Of a DNA stretch of 42,093 nt, positions 20,446 through 29,896 are shown one piece after another. The position numbers and the translations under genes were made by a program. Each line of letters opens with the position of its first letter. Positions within the stretch are counted from its first letter, which is position 1. The stretch is from positions 1 to 42,093 of the forward strand of contig CAZHWO010000003.1 in assembly GCA_964536075.1 (NCBI GenBank), in the 5' to 3' direction. The notes under the pieces are model-generated. The model made no database searches, was not told the DNA's origin, and saw nothing but the letters and a program-made list of their open reading frames with translations. The DNA comes from an uncultured Muribaculaceae bacterium (GTDB taxonomy: Bacteria > Bacillota_I > Bacilli_A > RF39 > UBA660).

Positions 20446-22738
20446 AAACTATTGAAGAGATTTTAATATTGGTTTTTCCCTCCATAAGACTATCAATTAT
20501 CATAATATCTATTTTTTCATTAATTATCTTTTCTATTTTACGAGCTCCCATTTTTTTATAATCTGATAATTTAAGTATCTCTTCCACAATATTATCGTTA
20601 ATAGTTAATTTAATTTTTTTCTCTTTTAATTCCTGTTTCTTTTTATTTAAAATATTAGTTATAATAGCTATTACATTTTCTTCTGAAATATCATTCATTT
20701 TAATAATATGATTAATCCGATTAACAAGAAGCGGGTTTAAATAGTCATTTAGATTATTAGTTATACTTTTATTTTCATTAAAACCAATATTTTCATAATT
20801 ACAATGACCATTAGCTGTCATAAAAATAATGTTATGATCAAATCTAACCAAATTACCCTTAGCATCTTTAATAAGACCCTCATCGAGAATTTGCAAAAAG
20901 ATGCTAAGCACTTCTGGATGAGCTTTATCAATTTCATCAAAAAGAATTAAGGCATGCGGCTTATTTCTGATTTCCTCTAAAATATTTTTATTATCATTAT
21001 AACCAGCATATCCGGGAGGAGCGCCTAAAATCTTACTTATTGAATGGCTTTCTTTAAATTCACTCATATCAATTCTGATGAAGTTATCTTCAAATATCTC
21101 CTTCGCATACTCTTTTACTAAATAGGTTTTCCCTATCCCACTTTTGCCAATTAAGAGAACTGACTCTGGTTTATTATCACTCTTATAACCTAACTTTATT
21201 CTTTTCGTAATATCTACAATTTTTTTAATGGCTTCTTCTTGACCAATAACTTTAGCTTTTAGTTTATCTTCCAGTAAATTTAAATTTTTTAAACTTTCTT
21301 TATCTATTTCATATATCGGTATTTTAGTTTTCATATTGATAACTTGAGCAACCTCTTCTTTTGTTACTTGCTTATTTCGGACGGTAGCTAACATTTTAAG
21401 CTCCAAAGAATTTATTTTCGATTCTAACTTCTTCTCTTTTTCTTTCAAGATGCTAGCTTCTTCAAAATTACTCTGAATAATCATTTGATTTTTGTCTTCA
21501 ATAACCTTTTCTAATTCTTGTTTTAACCGATTGACATCTTCTAATTTATTACTTTTCTTTAAAGATACTTTGGCACAAACTTCATCTAAAATATCAATTG
21601 CTTTATCTGGTTGCTTACGATCATATATATATTTACTACTAAGTTCAATAATTAAATGCAGAATTTGTTCGTCAACCTTTACTCCATGAAATCCTTCATA
21701 TATTGGCTTCAGTTTTTCCAAAATAGCTAAAGTTTCTTTCTTAGTTGGTTCATTTATATTAATAATCTGGAATCTTCTTTCTAAAGCACGATCCTGTTCA
21801 ATAAATTCTTTATACTCACCAGTAGTAGTCGCACCAATTAATCTTATTTTACCTCTAGCTAACGCCGGTTTTAAAATATTTGATGCATCAATGGCCCCCT
21901 CGGCTCCGCCAGCTCCAACTAAAGTATGCACCTCATCAATAAAAAGAATAATATCTGGATTATTTTCTACCTCTTTTAATATTTTACTAATCCGCTCCTC
22001 AAATTCACCCCGGTATTTGGTTCCTGCCACCAAAATAGCTGTTGATAGTGAAAGTATTTTTTTATTATAAAGATTTTCAGGAACATTTTTTTTCACTATT
22101 CGCTGACTCAATTCTTCAACAATTGCTGTTTTACCTACTCCTGCATCACCGATTAACAACGGATTGTTTTTGCATCTTCTCGATAATATTTCAATAAGAC
22201 GATCCAGTTCTTTTTCCCTTCCAATAACAGGATCTAACTCATTTAAAACTGCTTTTTTGGTCAAATCAATACTAAAATCTTCAATCATTAATTTCTTTTT
22301 ATTTTTTATTTTTACTTGATCACTCTTTTGCATAAAATCATTGTATATTTTCTCTATATCAATACCCATACCTATCATTAATCTGATAGCCACTCCTTCG
22401 CCTTCTTCTAATATTGCTAAAAATAGATGCTCACCTGTTACCATACTATCTGTTTCTTTCGCATTTAAAATAGCGGTTTCAATTGTTTGTTTTAATAAAG
22501 GAGTATATAAAAACCAATCATTAGACTCACTACCTATTCCAATAATTTTAATTATCTCATCCTTAAATTTTCTATAGGTTAGTTTATAACTCTGTAATTT
22601 TTTTCCAAGATAATTATCTGTTGATAAGATGGCTAGCATTAAATGTTCACTACCTATATAAGGATGTTTTAACTCAATCATTTCCTTCTTGGCATTAACT
22701 AATATTTTTTGTGCTTCTTCACTAAATTTTGAAAACAT
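20444..22738 (-). CDS. clpC: ATP-dependent Clp protease ATP-binding subunit ClpC (class I AAA+)
   Basis: It has a duplicated Clp_N repeat, Walker A motifs GDAGVGKT and GKSGIGKT, Walker B motifs ILFIDEVH and [10 protein letters not shown], a UVR-like linker ([15 protein letters not shown]), and an IGF tripeptide suited to ClpP docking. The start is the ATG at 22738 after GGAGAGGAG. The ORF-track TTG at 22756 is upstream of the SD. Confidence 0.93.
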   Translation of the reverse strand: MFSKFSEEAQKILVNAKKEMIELKHPYIGSEHLMLAILSTDNYLGKKLQSYKLTYRKFKDEIIKIIGIGSESNDWFLYTPLLKQTIETAILNAKETDSMVTGEHLFLAILEEGEGVAIRLMIGMGIDIEKIYNDFMQKSDQVKIKNKKKLMIEDFSIDLTKKAVLNELDPVIGREKELDRLIEILSRRCKNNPLLIGDAGVGKTAIVEELSQRIVKKNVPENLYNKKILSLSTAILVAGTKYRGEFEERISKILKEVENNPDIILFIDEVHTLVGAGGAEGAIDASNILKPALARGKIRLIGATTTGEYKEFIEQDRALERRFQIININEPTKKETLAILEKLKPIYEGFHGVKVDEQILHLIIELSSKYIYDRKQPDKAIDILDEVCAKVSLKKSNKLEDVNRLKQELEKVIEDKNQMIIQSNFEEASILKEKEKKLESKINSLELKMLATVRNKQVTKEEVAQVINMKTKIPIYEIDKESLKNLNLLEDKLKAKVIGQEEAIKKIVDITKRIKLGYKSDNKPESVLLIGKSGIGKTYLVKEYAKEIFEDNFIRIDMSEFKESHSISKILGAPPGYAGYNDNKNILEEIRNKPHALILFDEIDKAHPEVLSIFLQILDEGLIKDAKGNLVRFDHNIIFMTANGHCNYENIGFNENKSITNNLNDYLNPLLVNRINHIIKMNDISEENVIAIITNILNKKKQELKEKKIKLTINDNIVEEILKLSDYKKMGARKIEKIINEKIDIMIIDSLMEGKTNIKISSIV

Positions 22739-22801
22739 AAAATATCTCCTCTCCAATATATTCTATGTATATATAGTGCGGATTAAAAACTATTTTTATA
22801 C

Positions 22802-22830
22802 AATAAAAAAAGATCTATTTCTAGATCTTT
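22802..22830 (-). terminator. rho-independent terminator of the YfcC-family gene
   Basis: 9-bp perfect stem AAAGATCTA / TAGATCTTT with a 4-nt loop and a T-run on the minus strand. The stem contains the TAA stop. Confidence 0.75.
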
Positions 22831-24220
22831 AGATTAACATCATAATTACAAAAACAATAAATAGCATTAACATCAACTCTAATAACAGTTTAGCAACATG
22901 TTTAATCCATTCACCAAAGCTAATATTTAAATAAGACAATGTTACTAGTAGAACTACACTTGTTGGAGCAATCAACAAGGCAATCCCATTCATTGCTTGA
23001 ATTAAAACAGCCATTAATGGATATACTCCGGTATCCGTAATTACTTCTTTTACATAATATAAGACAGCATATGAAGCATAATAGGTCTCAACATTGAAAA
23101 ACGCTGATAAAAGTCCAACAATAGACATCGTAATAATATTAAATCCTTTAGTTAATTCTAATAAGAATTTAACAATTGTCAATTGAAATGGATGATAGGT
23201 AACAATTATTAGTACAACATAAGTTAAAACAATTAAAGTAGCTGCTTTTAAATACTTTTTACTACCTTCAACAATCATATCAATGAAGTCATCAAATTTA
23301 ACTCGGTAGATTAAAGCTAACAAAATAGTTCCAATTACTAAAACAACAATATATTGCGTTAATCCCCAAGTACCTATCGCCGTAACTTCACCAAGTATTT
23401 TATACAGAATTGTAAATTTACTAATTGCAAACTCTTTTACCCAATTTGTAGCATCAACAAATATATTAAGTTTAAATAGGGAATCCCAAGGAATCATTCC
23501 CATAATTAAAATTAATAATATTAAATCATAAACCACTAATAAGGGCCAAATTTTGCTTTTTGAATCGGCTTTACTTGGTACATATTCCTTTATATCAGCT
23601 AATTTTGTATTTTTATTTTCACGAGCATATTTTAAAACATTATAAATTAATATCGCTAAACATAAAATAAGAATAATAATTCGACTAATTATTTCACTAT
23701 TTTCTTTTAATCCTAATATAGAATGTGTTAAGGAAATAGTATCGGACATATATATAGAACCAATATAACCAACAGCTACTGATCCTAACGTAACATAAGC
23801 TGCTGTTAGTTTATTATAGCCCATAGCTAATACTACTGATATAATAAATGGAAATATAAATAGTATTGGTAAAGTAGCTCCCGTAAGCGATGTTATCAAC
23901 GCTATTTTAACAATTGCCAATACTAATAATAACCATTCTCTATTAGCAAATCCTTTCACCAATTTATCAATTAGTCTACGATAAGCTCCTATCTTGTTTA
24001 AAACAGCATAGAATGCTCCTATTGCCAAAACATACAGTACCACATAGCTAAAATATGAAAATACCACGGTTGGATAACTAAATAAATCAAATATACCAAC
24101 TTGATATCTAACTCCTTCAACTAGTCCCTCACTATAATATGCTGATGGCAATAACCACGATAGAAACACTACCAATAAAATGGTGATTCCTAAAACTTTA
24201 AATAAATTATGTTTTTTCAT
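22829..24220 (-). CDS. YfcC-family (DcuC-like) integral membrane transporter
   Basis: ~463 aa and polytopic. Segments parallel E. coli YfcC: IGAFYAVLNKIGAYRRLIDKL versus IGGAFGIVMRTGTIDNGI, and LLIAPTSVVLLVTLSYLNISFGEWIKHV versus HIIYPTSASLMATLGVCRVDFRNWLKV. The start is the ATG at 24220 after GAGGAGGAAAAG. The upstream 25 codons in the track cover the lysS terminator. Confidence 0.75.
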   Translation of the reverse strand: MKKHNLFKVLGITILLVVFLSWLLPSAYYSEGLVEGVRYQVGIFDLFSYPTVVFSYFSYVVLYVLAIGAFYAVLNKIGAYRRLIDKLVKGFANREWLLLVLAIVKIALITSLTGATLPILFIFPFIISVVLAMGYNKLTAAYVTLGSVAVGYIGSIYMSDTISLTHSILGLKENSEIISRIIILILCLAILIYNVLKYARENKNTKLADIKEYVPSKADSKSKIWPLLVVYDLILLILIMGMIPWDSLFKLNIFVDATNWVKEFAISKFTILYKILGEVTAIGTWGLTQYIVVLVIGTILLALIYRVKFDDFIDMIVEGSKKYLKAATLIVLTYVVLIIVTYHPFQLTIVKFLLELTKGFNIITMSIVGLLSAFFNVETYYASYAVLYYVKEVITDTGVYPLMAVLIQAMNGIALLIAPTSVVLLVTLSYLNISFGEWIKHVAKLLLELMLMLFIVFVIMMLI

Positions 24221-24275
24221 CTTTTCCTCCTCATTATAATTATACAACAATTCATAATATATACAACATTTTTCA

Positions 24276-24302
24276 CAAAAAAACCACATTTTCATGTGGT
24301 TT
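24276..24302 (-). terminator. rho-independent terminator of lysS
   Basis: 9-bp stem AAACCACAT / ATGTGGTTT with a 4-nt loop and a T-run on the minus strand, 5 nt after the lysS TGA. Confidence 0.8.
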
Positions 24303-24307
24303 TAACT

Positions 24308-25783
24308 TCAATTATTGTCACTTGGTCGCATTAACGGGAACATAACAACATCTTTTATATTATCACTATTTGTTAATAATTGAATAAGACGATCAATGCC
24401 CATCCCCCAACCACTAATTGGTGGCATTCCGTATTCCATAGCCCCAATATAGTCGTAATCCATATCCATAGCTTCCTCATCACCCGCAGCTTTTAACTTA
24501 GCTTGATCTAATAGCCTTCTTTCTTGTTCCTGAGGATCAACTAGTTCCGAAAAACCATTAACAATTTCCGCCCCATTAATTACTAACTGAAACCGATCTG
24601 TAATTTCTGGCCTTTCATCATTAGCTCGCGCTAGTGGTGATAAACTAGTTGGATGCTCAGTTAAGTAAATCGGTCCTATCATGTTAGGACGAGCAACTTT
24701 CTTATATAAATAATCTACTAAATTGCCATAACCTAAATTCTCTATGGGCGTTTCACTTTCGAGCTCAATTTTTTCTTCTTTTATTTTTTCTAGTAACATT
24801 TCTTTTGTATTATATTCCTTAATATCTATATTAGCATATTTAATAATTAATTCTCGAAATGAAACACTTGGCCAATCGCCGGCTAAATCAATATCCTTAT
24901 CACCAATCTTAATATTAAGTGTTCCATATAAATTTTTAATAATTGTTTGTAACATATGTTGAATTAACTGCATGTTATCTTGATAATTAAAATAAGCTTG
25001 ATAACCTTCCACCATCGTAAAATCTTGCAAGTGCGTAGCGTCCATTCCTTCATTTCGAAAACATCGAGCAATCTCATATACTTTTGGAATACCAGCTACT
25101 ACAGCTCTTTTCATATATGTTTCAGGGGCAATTCGCAGATAAACATCTAAATCTAAAGCATTATGATGAGCTTTAAACGGTTTAGCAACAGCGCCGCTTG
25201 GTTTATTATTTAAAATAGGGGTTTCAATCTCTAAATATCCTAAATTATCTAAATAATTTCTTAATTCTTTAATAAATTTTATTCTAATTAAGAACCTTTC
25301 TCGTGTTTCTTGATTCATAATTAAATCTATATAACGGTGACGATAACAAAGTTCGGGATCACTTAAACCATGAAATTTTTCAGGTAACGGTTTCAAAGCC
25401 TTACCTAAAAACGCAAAACTATTGGCTCTGATTGTCTTTTCACCAGTATGAGTAGTAAACATCTCGCCTTCAACACCAATAAAATCGCCTAGATCAAAAA
25501 CATCTTTAAAAAAGTTATATCTTTCTTCTCCAACCATATCAACTTTAATTGATACCTGAATTGATCCTTCAATATCACGAATCGTTATAAAACTTAATTT
25601 ACCCATCTTTCGCATTAAGACAATGCGCCCAGCCACTCTTACATTATCAGTACCATCTTCTAAATCTTTAACATCTTTTAAAGCATAGTTAATCTCATAT
25701 CTTTCCGGATATGGATTGCAAAGCTTTTTTATATCATCTATCTTCTGTCTTCGTACTAATTCTTGTTCACTCAATTCCCTCAT
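24308..25783 (-). CDS. lysS: lysine--tRNA ligase (class II)
   Basis: 491 aa. It has an OB-fold N-domain (VRVAGRIVLMRKMGKLSF) and class II motifs (YLRIAPETYMKR, FRNEGMDATH, GMGIDRL). Its start overlaps the dusB stop. Confidence 0.97.
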   Translation of the reverse strand: MRELSEQELVRRQKIDDIKKLCNPYPERYEINYALKDVKDLEDGTDNVRVAGRIVLMRKMGKLSFITIRDIEGSIQVSIKVDMVGEERYNFFKDVFDLGDFIGVEGEMFTTHTGEKTIRANSFAFLGKALKPLPEKFHGLSDPELCYRHRYIDLIMNQETRERFLIRIKFIKELRNYLDNLGYLEIETPILNNKPSGAVAKPFKAHHNALDLDVYLRIAPETYMKRAVVAGIPKVYEIARCFRNEGMDATHLQDFTMVEGYQAYFNYQDNMQLIQHMLQTIIKNLYGTLNIKIGDKDIDLAGDWPSVSFRELIIKYANIDIKEYNTKEMLLEKIKEEKIELESETPIENLGYGNLVDYLYKKVARPNMIGPIYLTEHPTSLSPLARANDERPEITDRFQLVINGAEIVNGFSELVDPQEQERRLLDQAKLKAAGDEEAMDMDYDYIGAMEYGMPPISGWGMGIDRLIQLLTNSDNIKDVVMFPLMRPSDNN

Positions 25784-26769
25784 TATTTTACCTCCACTAA
25801 ATGTCTCTTATAATCATCTAATATTTTTATTATACCATCAATTGTTTTCTGTTGATATACTTTATTTTTAACTTCATTGGCCTGTTTCATGCCCTTTAAG
25901 TACCACGCAATATGATTTCTAATTTCAAGAATAGCTACTTTGTCATTTTTTAATTCTCTTAAGTACAATAAATGCTTCAACGCCATCTCAATTTTCTCAA
26001 TATTAGTAGGGCCTTCCAAAATTGTTTTATCCTTTAAATAAGCAACTATCTGCTTAATTAACCAAGGATTACCAAGTACGCCTCGACCAATCATAATAGC
26101 ATCACAACCTGTTTCTTCTAACATTGCCTTAGCCGAATATATATCAGTAATATCGCCATTACCTATCACTGGAATAGTAACATTTTCCTTAACTTGTTTA
26201 ATAATATTCCAATCCGCTTTACCTGTATAACCCTGATTTCTTGTCCTAGGATGAATAGTAATTGCTTTAGCTCCAGCTTGTTCTATCACCTTAGCCACTT
26301 CCACAGCATTAATATGATTATTATCCCAACCGCTTCTAATTTTAACCGTAACCGGAATTGGTACCGCCCTTACTACCGCCTGAACAATTTTTCCAACTTT
26401 AGCTAAATCCTTTAATAAAGCCGCTCCTGCTTGAGCTCTAACAGCAACTTTAGGTACAGGGCAACCCATATTTATATCAATAATATCAGGCCTCATATAA
26501 TTATAAATAAATTGAGCTGCTTTAACAAACGATTCTTCATCGCTACCAAAAATCTGTTGAACAATAGGTCTTTCGAAATCAGTCAAATGTAACATATCTA
26601 TTGTTTTATCATTTTTATAAAAGACTGCTTTGTCACTAACCATCTCAGCATATATCAATCCACAGCCCATTTCCTTAATAATTCGACGAAAACTCGAATT
26701 GCCTATCCCGGCCATCGGGGCTAAAACAACCTGATTGTTAATAACAACATCGCCAATTTTCCATTCCAT
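25783..26769 (-). CDS. dusB: tRNA-dihydrouridine synthase B
   Basis: 328 aa. Dus signatures are present: LAPMAGIGNSSFR, DINMGCPVPKV, and a catalytic Cys context. The dusB-lysS synteny matches Bacillus. Confidence 0.93.
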   Translation of the reverse strand: MEWKIGDVVINNQVVLAPMAGIGNSSFRRIIKEMGCGLIYAEMVSDKAVFYKNDKTIDMLHLTDFERPIVQQIFGSDEESFVKAAQFIYNYMRPDIIDINMGCPVPKVAVRAQAGAALLKDLAKVGKIVQAVVRAVPIPVTVKIRSGWDNNHINAVEVAKVIEQAGAKAITIHPRTRNQGYTGKADWNIIKQVKENVTIPVIGNGDITDIYSAKAMLEETGCDAIMIGRGVLGNPWLIKQIVAYLKDKTILEGPTNIEKIEMALKHLLYLRELKNDKVAILEIRNHIAWYLKGMKQANEVKNKVYQQKTIDGIIKILDDYKRHLVEVK

Positions 26770-26892
26770 TTTATTTTCCTACTTTTTTAAAACTTTCTAT
26801 TTATTAAAATGTATATACTTTATTACCCTCATAGAATAAAATTTACTATCTTTTCTATCGAATGTTTCTATCTATTTTTTCTTAAATGAGCT

Positions 26893-27471
26893 TCACTTAT
26901 TATTATTAAAACTACATTCCAAATCTTTTAATGCAGCAATTAATTGTTCTTTTTCACATGCTTGGACTTTTTGCGATAAAGTTTCTGCAGTATCATTTGC
27001 TGCAACTTTTATTTTCATTTGTTTTATTATTTTTCCTTTATCATAGCAATTATTGACAAAATGTAAAGTAGCTCCACTATATTCCTCTTTACTTTCAATA
27101 ACTGCTCTATGTACATTCATCCCATACATTCCTTTACCACCAAATTTTGGTAGTAATGATGGGTGAGTATTTATTATTGTATATCTATTAATTAACTTTT
27201 CACCTATTAATTTTAAATAACCAGCAAGTACAATTAAATCAATATCATAAACTCCTAAAACATTTATTAATTCAGCATCTATTTCATTTAGTTTAGTTGA
27301 TTTTATAACGTATGTATCTATTTCCATTCTTCTCGCTCTTTCTAACGCATAGGCATCAGCATTATTTGAAACGACTAATAATAGTTTGGATTTTAATTCT
27401 CCATTTTTAATGTTATCAATTATACTTTGCAATGTTGTACCCTTTCCAGAGGCAAAAACTACAATATTCAT
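26893..27471 (-). CDS. purN: phosphoribosylglycinamide formyltransferase
   Basis: 192 aa. It shows N-terminal VFASGKGTTLQ, the NTHPSLLPKFGGKGMYG motif with the HPSLLP signature, and GATLHFV. Confidence 0.85.
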   Translation of the reverse strand: MNIVVFASGKGTTLQSIIDNIKNGELKSKLLLVVSNNADAYALERARRMEIDTYVIKSTKLNEIDAELINVLGVYDIDLIVLAGYLKLIGEKLINRYTIINTHPSLLPKFGGKGMYGMNVHRAVIESKEEYSGATLHFVNNCYDKGKIIKQMKIKVAANDTAETLSQKVQACEKEQLIAALKDLECSFNNNK

Positions 27472-27589
27472 ATATTCTCCTTATTACATATTCCAAAATT
27501 TTATGTTCTTATTTTCAATAATAGCGTTTGATATTGCTTTTTATATCAATGTTCACCAATTTTCCATTCCGTAATATAACATCAGGGAT

Positions 27590-27598
27590 ATTATAGCA
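27590..27598 (-). promoter_or_regulatory. extended -10 element (TGCTATAAT) upstream of purN
   Basis: Perfect TGnTATAAT on the minus strand, just after the recA terminator. It implies a purN leader of about 110 nt. Confidence 0.5.
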
Positions 27599-27600
27599 TA

Positions 27601-27629
27601 ATAAAAGAAAAAATGATATTGCATCATTT
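27601..27629 (-). terminator. rho-independent terminator of recA
   Basis: 7-bp stem AAATGAT / ATCATTT with a 5-nt loop, followed by TTTTTTCTTTT on the minus strand. The stem includes the recA TGA. Confidence 0.7.
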
Positions 27630-28640
27630 CTCTTTCTTTATTGATTTATTAATATTATAATAGTCTCTAATCCGTTTTTCTATCTCATCTCTTATTTGCT
27701 GATTTTCTCTCAAGAAAATTTTAACGTTTTCTTTTCCTTGACCTATCTTCTCACCATTAAAGGAGAACCAAGCTCCACTCTTTTCGATAATAGCAGCATC
27801 AACCGCCAAGTCGACTATTTCCCCTTCACGACTAATTCCTTCACCATACATAATATCAACATTAGCTACTTTGAATGGTGGTGCTACTTTGTTCTTAACT
27901 ACTTTAATAGTTGTTCTATTACCAACAATAGTTTCACCCATTTTTAATTGTTCAGCCCTGCGAATATCAAGTCTAATAGAAGCATAAAATTTTAACGCTC
28001 TACCTCCAGGGGTAATCTCAGGATTACCAAACATAACACCAACTTTTTCCCGTAATTGGTTGATAAAAATAGCGGTTGTTTTTGTTTTACTAATTGTACC
28101 ACTTAATTTCCTTAAAGCCTGACTCATTAATCTAGCCTGTAAACCAACATGAGAATCTCCCATCTCGCCTTCAATTTCAGCTTGAGGTACTAACGCTGCT
28201 ACCGAATCAATAACCACAATATTAACTGCTTCACTTCGTACTAAAGCTTCACAAATTTCCAAAGCTTGTTCACCAGTGTCGGGTTGAGCTAATAACAACT
28301 CATTAATATTAACTCCTAAATTTTTAGCATAAACAGGATCAAGCGCATGTTCAGCATCTATAAATGCTGCTCTACCACCTTTTTTCTGAACCTCGGCAAT
28401 TGCATGTAATGCTACTGTTGTTTTACCACTAGACTCCGGCCCATATATTTCAATTATTCTTCCTTTCGGAAAACCGCCAACGCCCAAAGCAATATCTAAA
28501 GACAACGAACCACTTGGGGTCACATCTATCTCCATATGCGAATTATCTCCTAAACGCATAATTGATCCTTTACCAAACTGCTTCTCAATATCTATAAGTA
28601 CCTGATCTAATGTTTTATCGCGGTCTGTATTTTTTACCAT
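27624..28640 (-). CDS. recA: recombinase RecA
   Basis: 338 aa. It has Walker [10 protein letters not shown], then [31 protein letters not shown] and [17 protein letters not shown]. Confidence 0.99.
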   Translation of the reverse strand: MVKNTDRDKTLDQVLIDIEKQFGKGSIMRLGDNSHMEIDVTPSGSLSLDIALGVGGFPKGRIIEIYGPESSGKTTVALHAIAEVQKKGGRAAFIDAEHALDPVYAKNLGVNINELLLAQPDTGEQALEICEALVRSEAVNIVVIDSVAALVPQAEIEGEMGDSHVGLQARLMSQALRKLSGTISKTKTTAIFINQLREKVGVMFGNPEITPGGRALKFYASIRLDIRRAEQLKMGETIVGNRTTIKVVKNKVAPPFKVANVDIMYGEGISREGEIVDLAVDAAIIEKSGAWFSFNGEKIGQGKENVKIFLRENQQIRDEIEKRIRDYYNINKSIKKEK

Positions 28641-28670
28641 AAAATCCTCCTCAAATTTCCTTACATTATT

Positions 28671-28699
28671 ATTTTATAATACTTTTTGAAAAAAGGCAA
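28671..28699 (-). promoter_or_regulatory. candidate recA promoter (TTGCCT-17 nt-TAAAAT)
   Basis: On the minus strand, TTGCCT (28699..28694), a 17-nt spacer, then TAAAAT (28676..28671), about 30 nt upstream of the ATG. Confidence 0.4.
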
Positions 28700-28708
28700 G
28701 TCTTTTTT

Positions 28709-28722
28709 CAAACATTTGTTTG
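28709..28722. promoter_or_regulatory. 14-bp perfect palindrome CAAACAAATGTTTG, a possible degenerate SOS (Cheo-type LexA) box
   Basis: It differs from the Firmicute consensus CGAAC-N4-GTTCG only by the symmetric G-to-A / C-to-T change. It lies just upstream of the candidate recA -35. Confidence 0.3.
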
Positions 28723-28744
28723 CATTGGTAAAATACTGTCAAAA

Positions 28745-28775
28745 TAAAAAAATCCCTAAGTAATTTTTGGGATTT
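28745..28775 (-). terminator. probable terminator of pgsA
   Basis: On the minus strand, AAATCCC-12 nt-GGGATTT followed by TTTTTTATTTT, 15 nt after the pgsA stop. The large loop lowers confidence. Confidence 0.5.
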
Positions 28776-28790
28776 ATTTCGCTGTTTTGA

Positions 28791-29390
28791 CTACATTTCT
28801 CCTTTTTTAAAAATAAACTTCTTGCTCAAATTATAGTACTCTATAAGGGAAACAACCGACATAATTGTACCAAAATATAATAAAAGATCAGCAACATTTA
28901 CATTTATCAAAGTAAACGGTAAATTATAAATCAAGGTTAAAAAGATTCCTATCATTAATGAAGCCGTTTTTATTTTTCCCGTTTTAATAGCTGCTACAAC
29001 GTGATCTTGCCTACCAACTTCCATTTTTAAAACATCTACGATAATATCACGAATAACAATGATGACTGGGACAAAGACGGAAATCATACCATCAACAGCT
29101 AGCACAATTAATATGGAATTAACTAACATCTTATCAGCAATAGCGTCTAAAGCCTTACCAGTATCTGTTATCAAGTTATATTTTCGCGCAATATGACCAT
29201 CTAAGTAATCGGTATAGCTTGCTATGCCAAAAACCAAGGCGGCTATTAAATATTTTATCTCAATAATGATATTGAAAAATAATACTTTCGGTAAGGTTAT
29301 CCCAATACTATAAAAAGGAAAAGTTAAAAAAGAGACTAATAATAAACTTAAAATAATTCTACCTATTGTCAATTTATTAGCTTTATTCAC
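28791..29390 (-). CDS. pgsA: CDP-diacylglycerol--glycerol-3-phosphate 3-phosphatidyltransferase
   Basis: 199 aa. It has the CDP-alcohol phosphatidyltransferase motif DYLDGHIARKYNLITDTGKALDAIADK. It overlaps the upstream gene by 4 nt. Confidence 0.93.
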   Translation of the reverse strand: MNKANKLTIGRIILSLLLVSFLTFPFYSIGITLPKVLFFNIIIEIKYLIAALVFGIASYTDYLDGHIARKYNLITDTGKALDAIADKMLVNSILIVLAVDGMISVFVPVIIVIRDIIVDVLKMEVGRQDHVVAAIKTGKIKTASLMIGIFLTLIYNLPFTLINVNVADLLLYFGTIMSVVSLIEYYNLSKKFIFKKGEM

Positions 29391-29869
29391 AAAAACACCT
29401 CACTACTAATGTCACTTTTTAATTCTGTATTTATATCGCGTTCTGACATAATACTTGATAAAATTATAAACAAAATCATAAATATGAAGATTACCCCGAT
29501 TACTATACAAAAAATAAGCGGCGTTTTGGTGTTGTTCTTTTTAATTTTAGTATACGGCGACACGATTTTCTTTGTTTCTTTTTCTTTCTTTCTACTAGCC
29601 TCTAGTATATCGGTTAAGGATAGTTTAGAAGTATGTTCAAATAAAAAATCATTAAATTCATCAACCATTTTTTGAACATCTAAACCCAGATACTTAGAAT
29701 AGACCTGAACCATTCTCTTTAATTCATATATATCTTTAAAAGCTCGAACATTACCAGCTTCAATATTTTCAAGCGATTTAACAGAAATATTTAAATCTTC
29801 ACTCGCTTCATCTATGCTAATACCATTCTTCTTACGAGCTTCACTTAATCTTTCTCCAATTTCTTTCAA
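29387..29869 (-). CDS. RodZ/YmfM-like HTH membrane protein
   Basis: ~160 aa. It has an XRE-type HTH (IGERLSEARKKNGISIDEASEDLNISVKSLENIE) and one TM helix. The ymfM-pgsA synteny matches Bacillus. The TTG start at 29869 follows SD GAGGTG. The ORF-track extension to 29914 runs into the 3' end of rnpB. Confidence 0.7.
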   Translation of the reverse strand: MKEIGERLSEARKKNGISIDEASEDLNISVKSLENIEAGNVRAFKDIYELKRMVQVYSKYLGLDVQKMVDEFNDFLFEHTSKLSLTDILEASRKKEKETKKIVSPYTKIKKNNTKTPLIFCIVIGVIFIFMILFIILSSIMSERDINTELKSDISSEVFL

Positions 29870-29896
29870 AAAAACACCTCTTCTATAGATAAAAAA

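Noticed and set aside
24221-24295. N-terminal 25 codons of the 488-aa ORF containing CEKCC, which looked like a small Cys motif or zinc knuckle
   Set aside because: This stretch is the lysS terminator hairpin and T-run read as protein. A strong SD (GAGGAGGAAAAG) precedes the internal ATG at 24220, which gives a normal YfcC-type N-terminus.
27472-27589. Riboswitch in the purN leader
   Set aside because: It does not match the purine, ZTP, THF or ykkC-type consensus elements I can recall, and it is extremely AT-rich with only one modest 7-bp stem. I kept it as an open question under the purN finding rather than calling it a feature.
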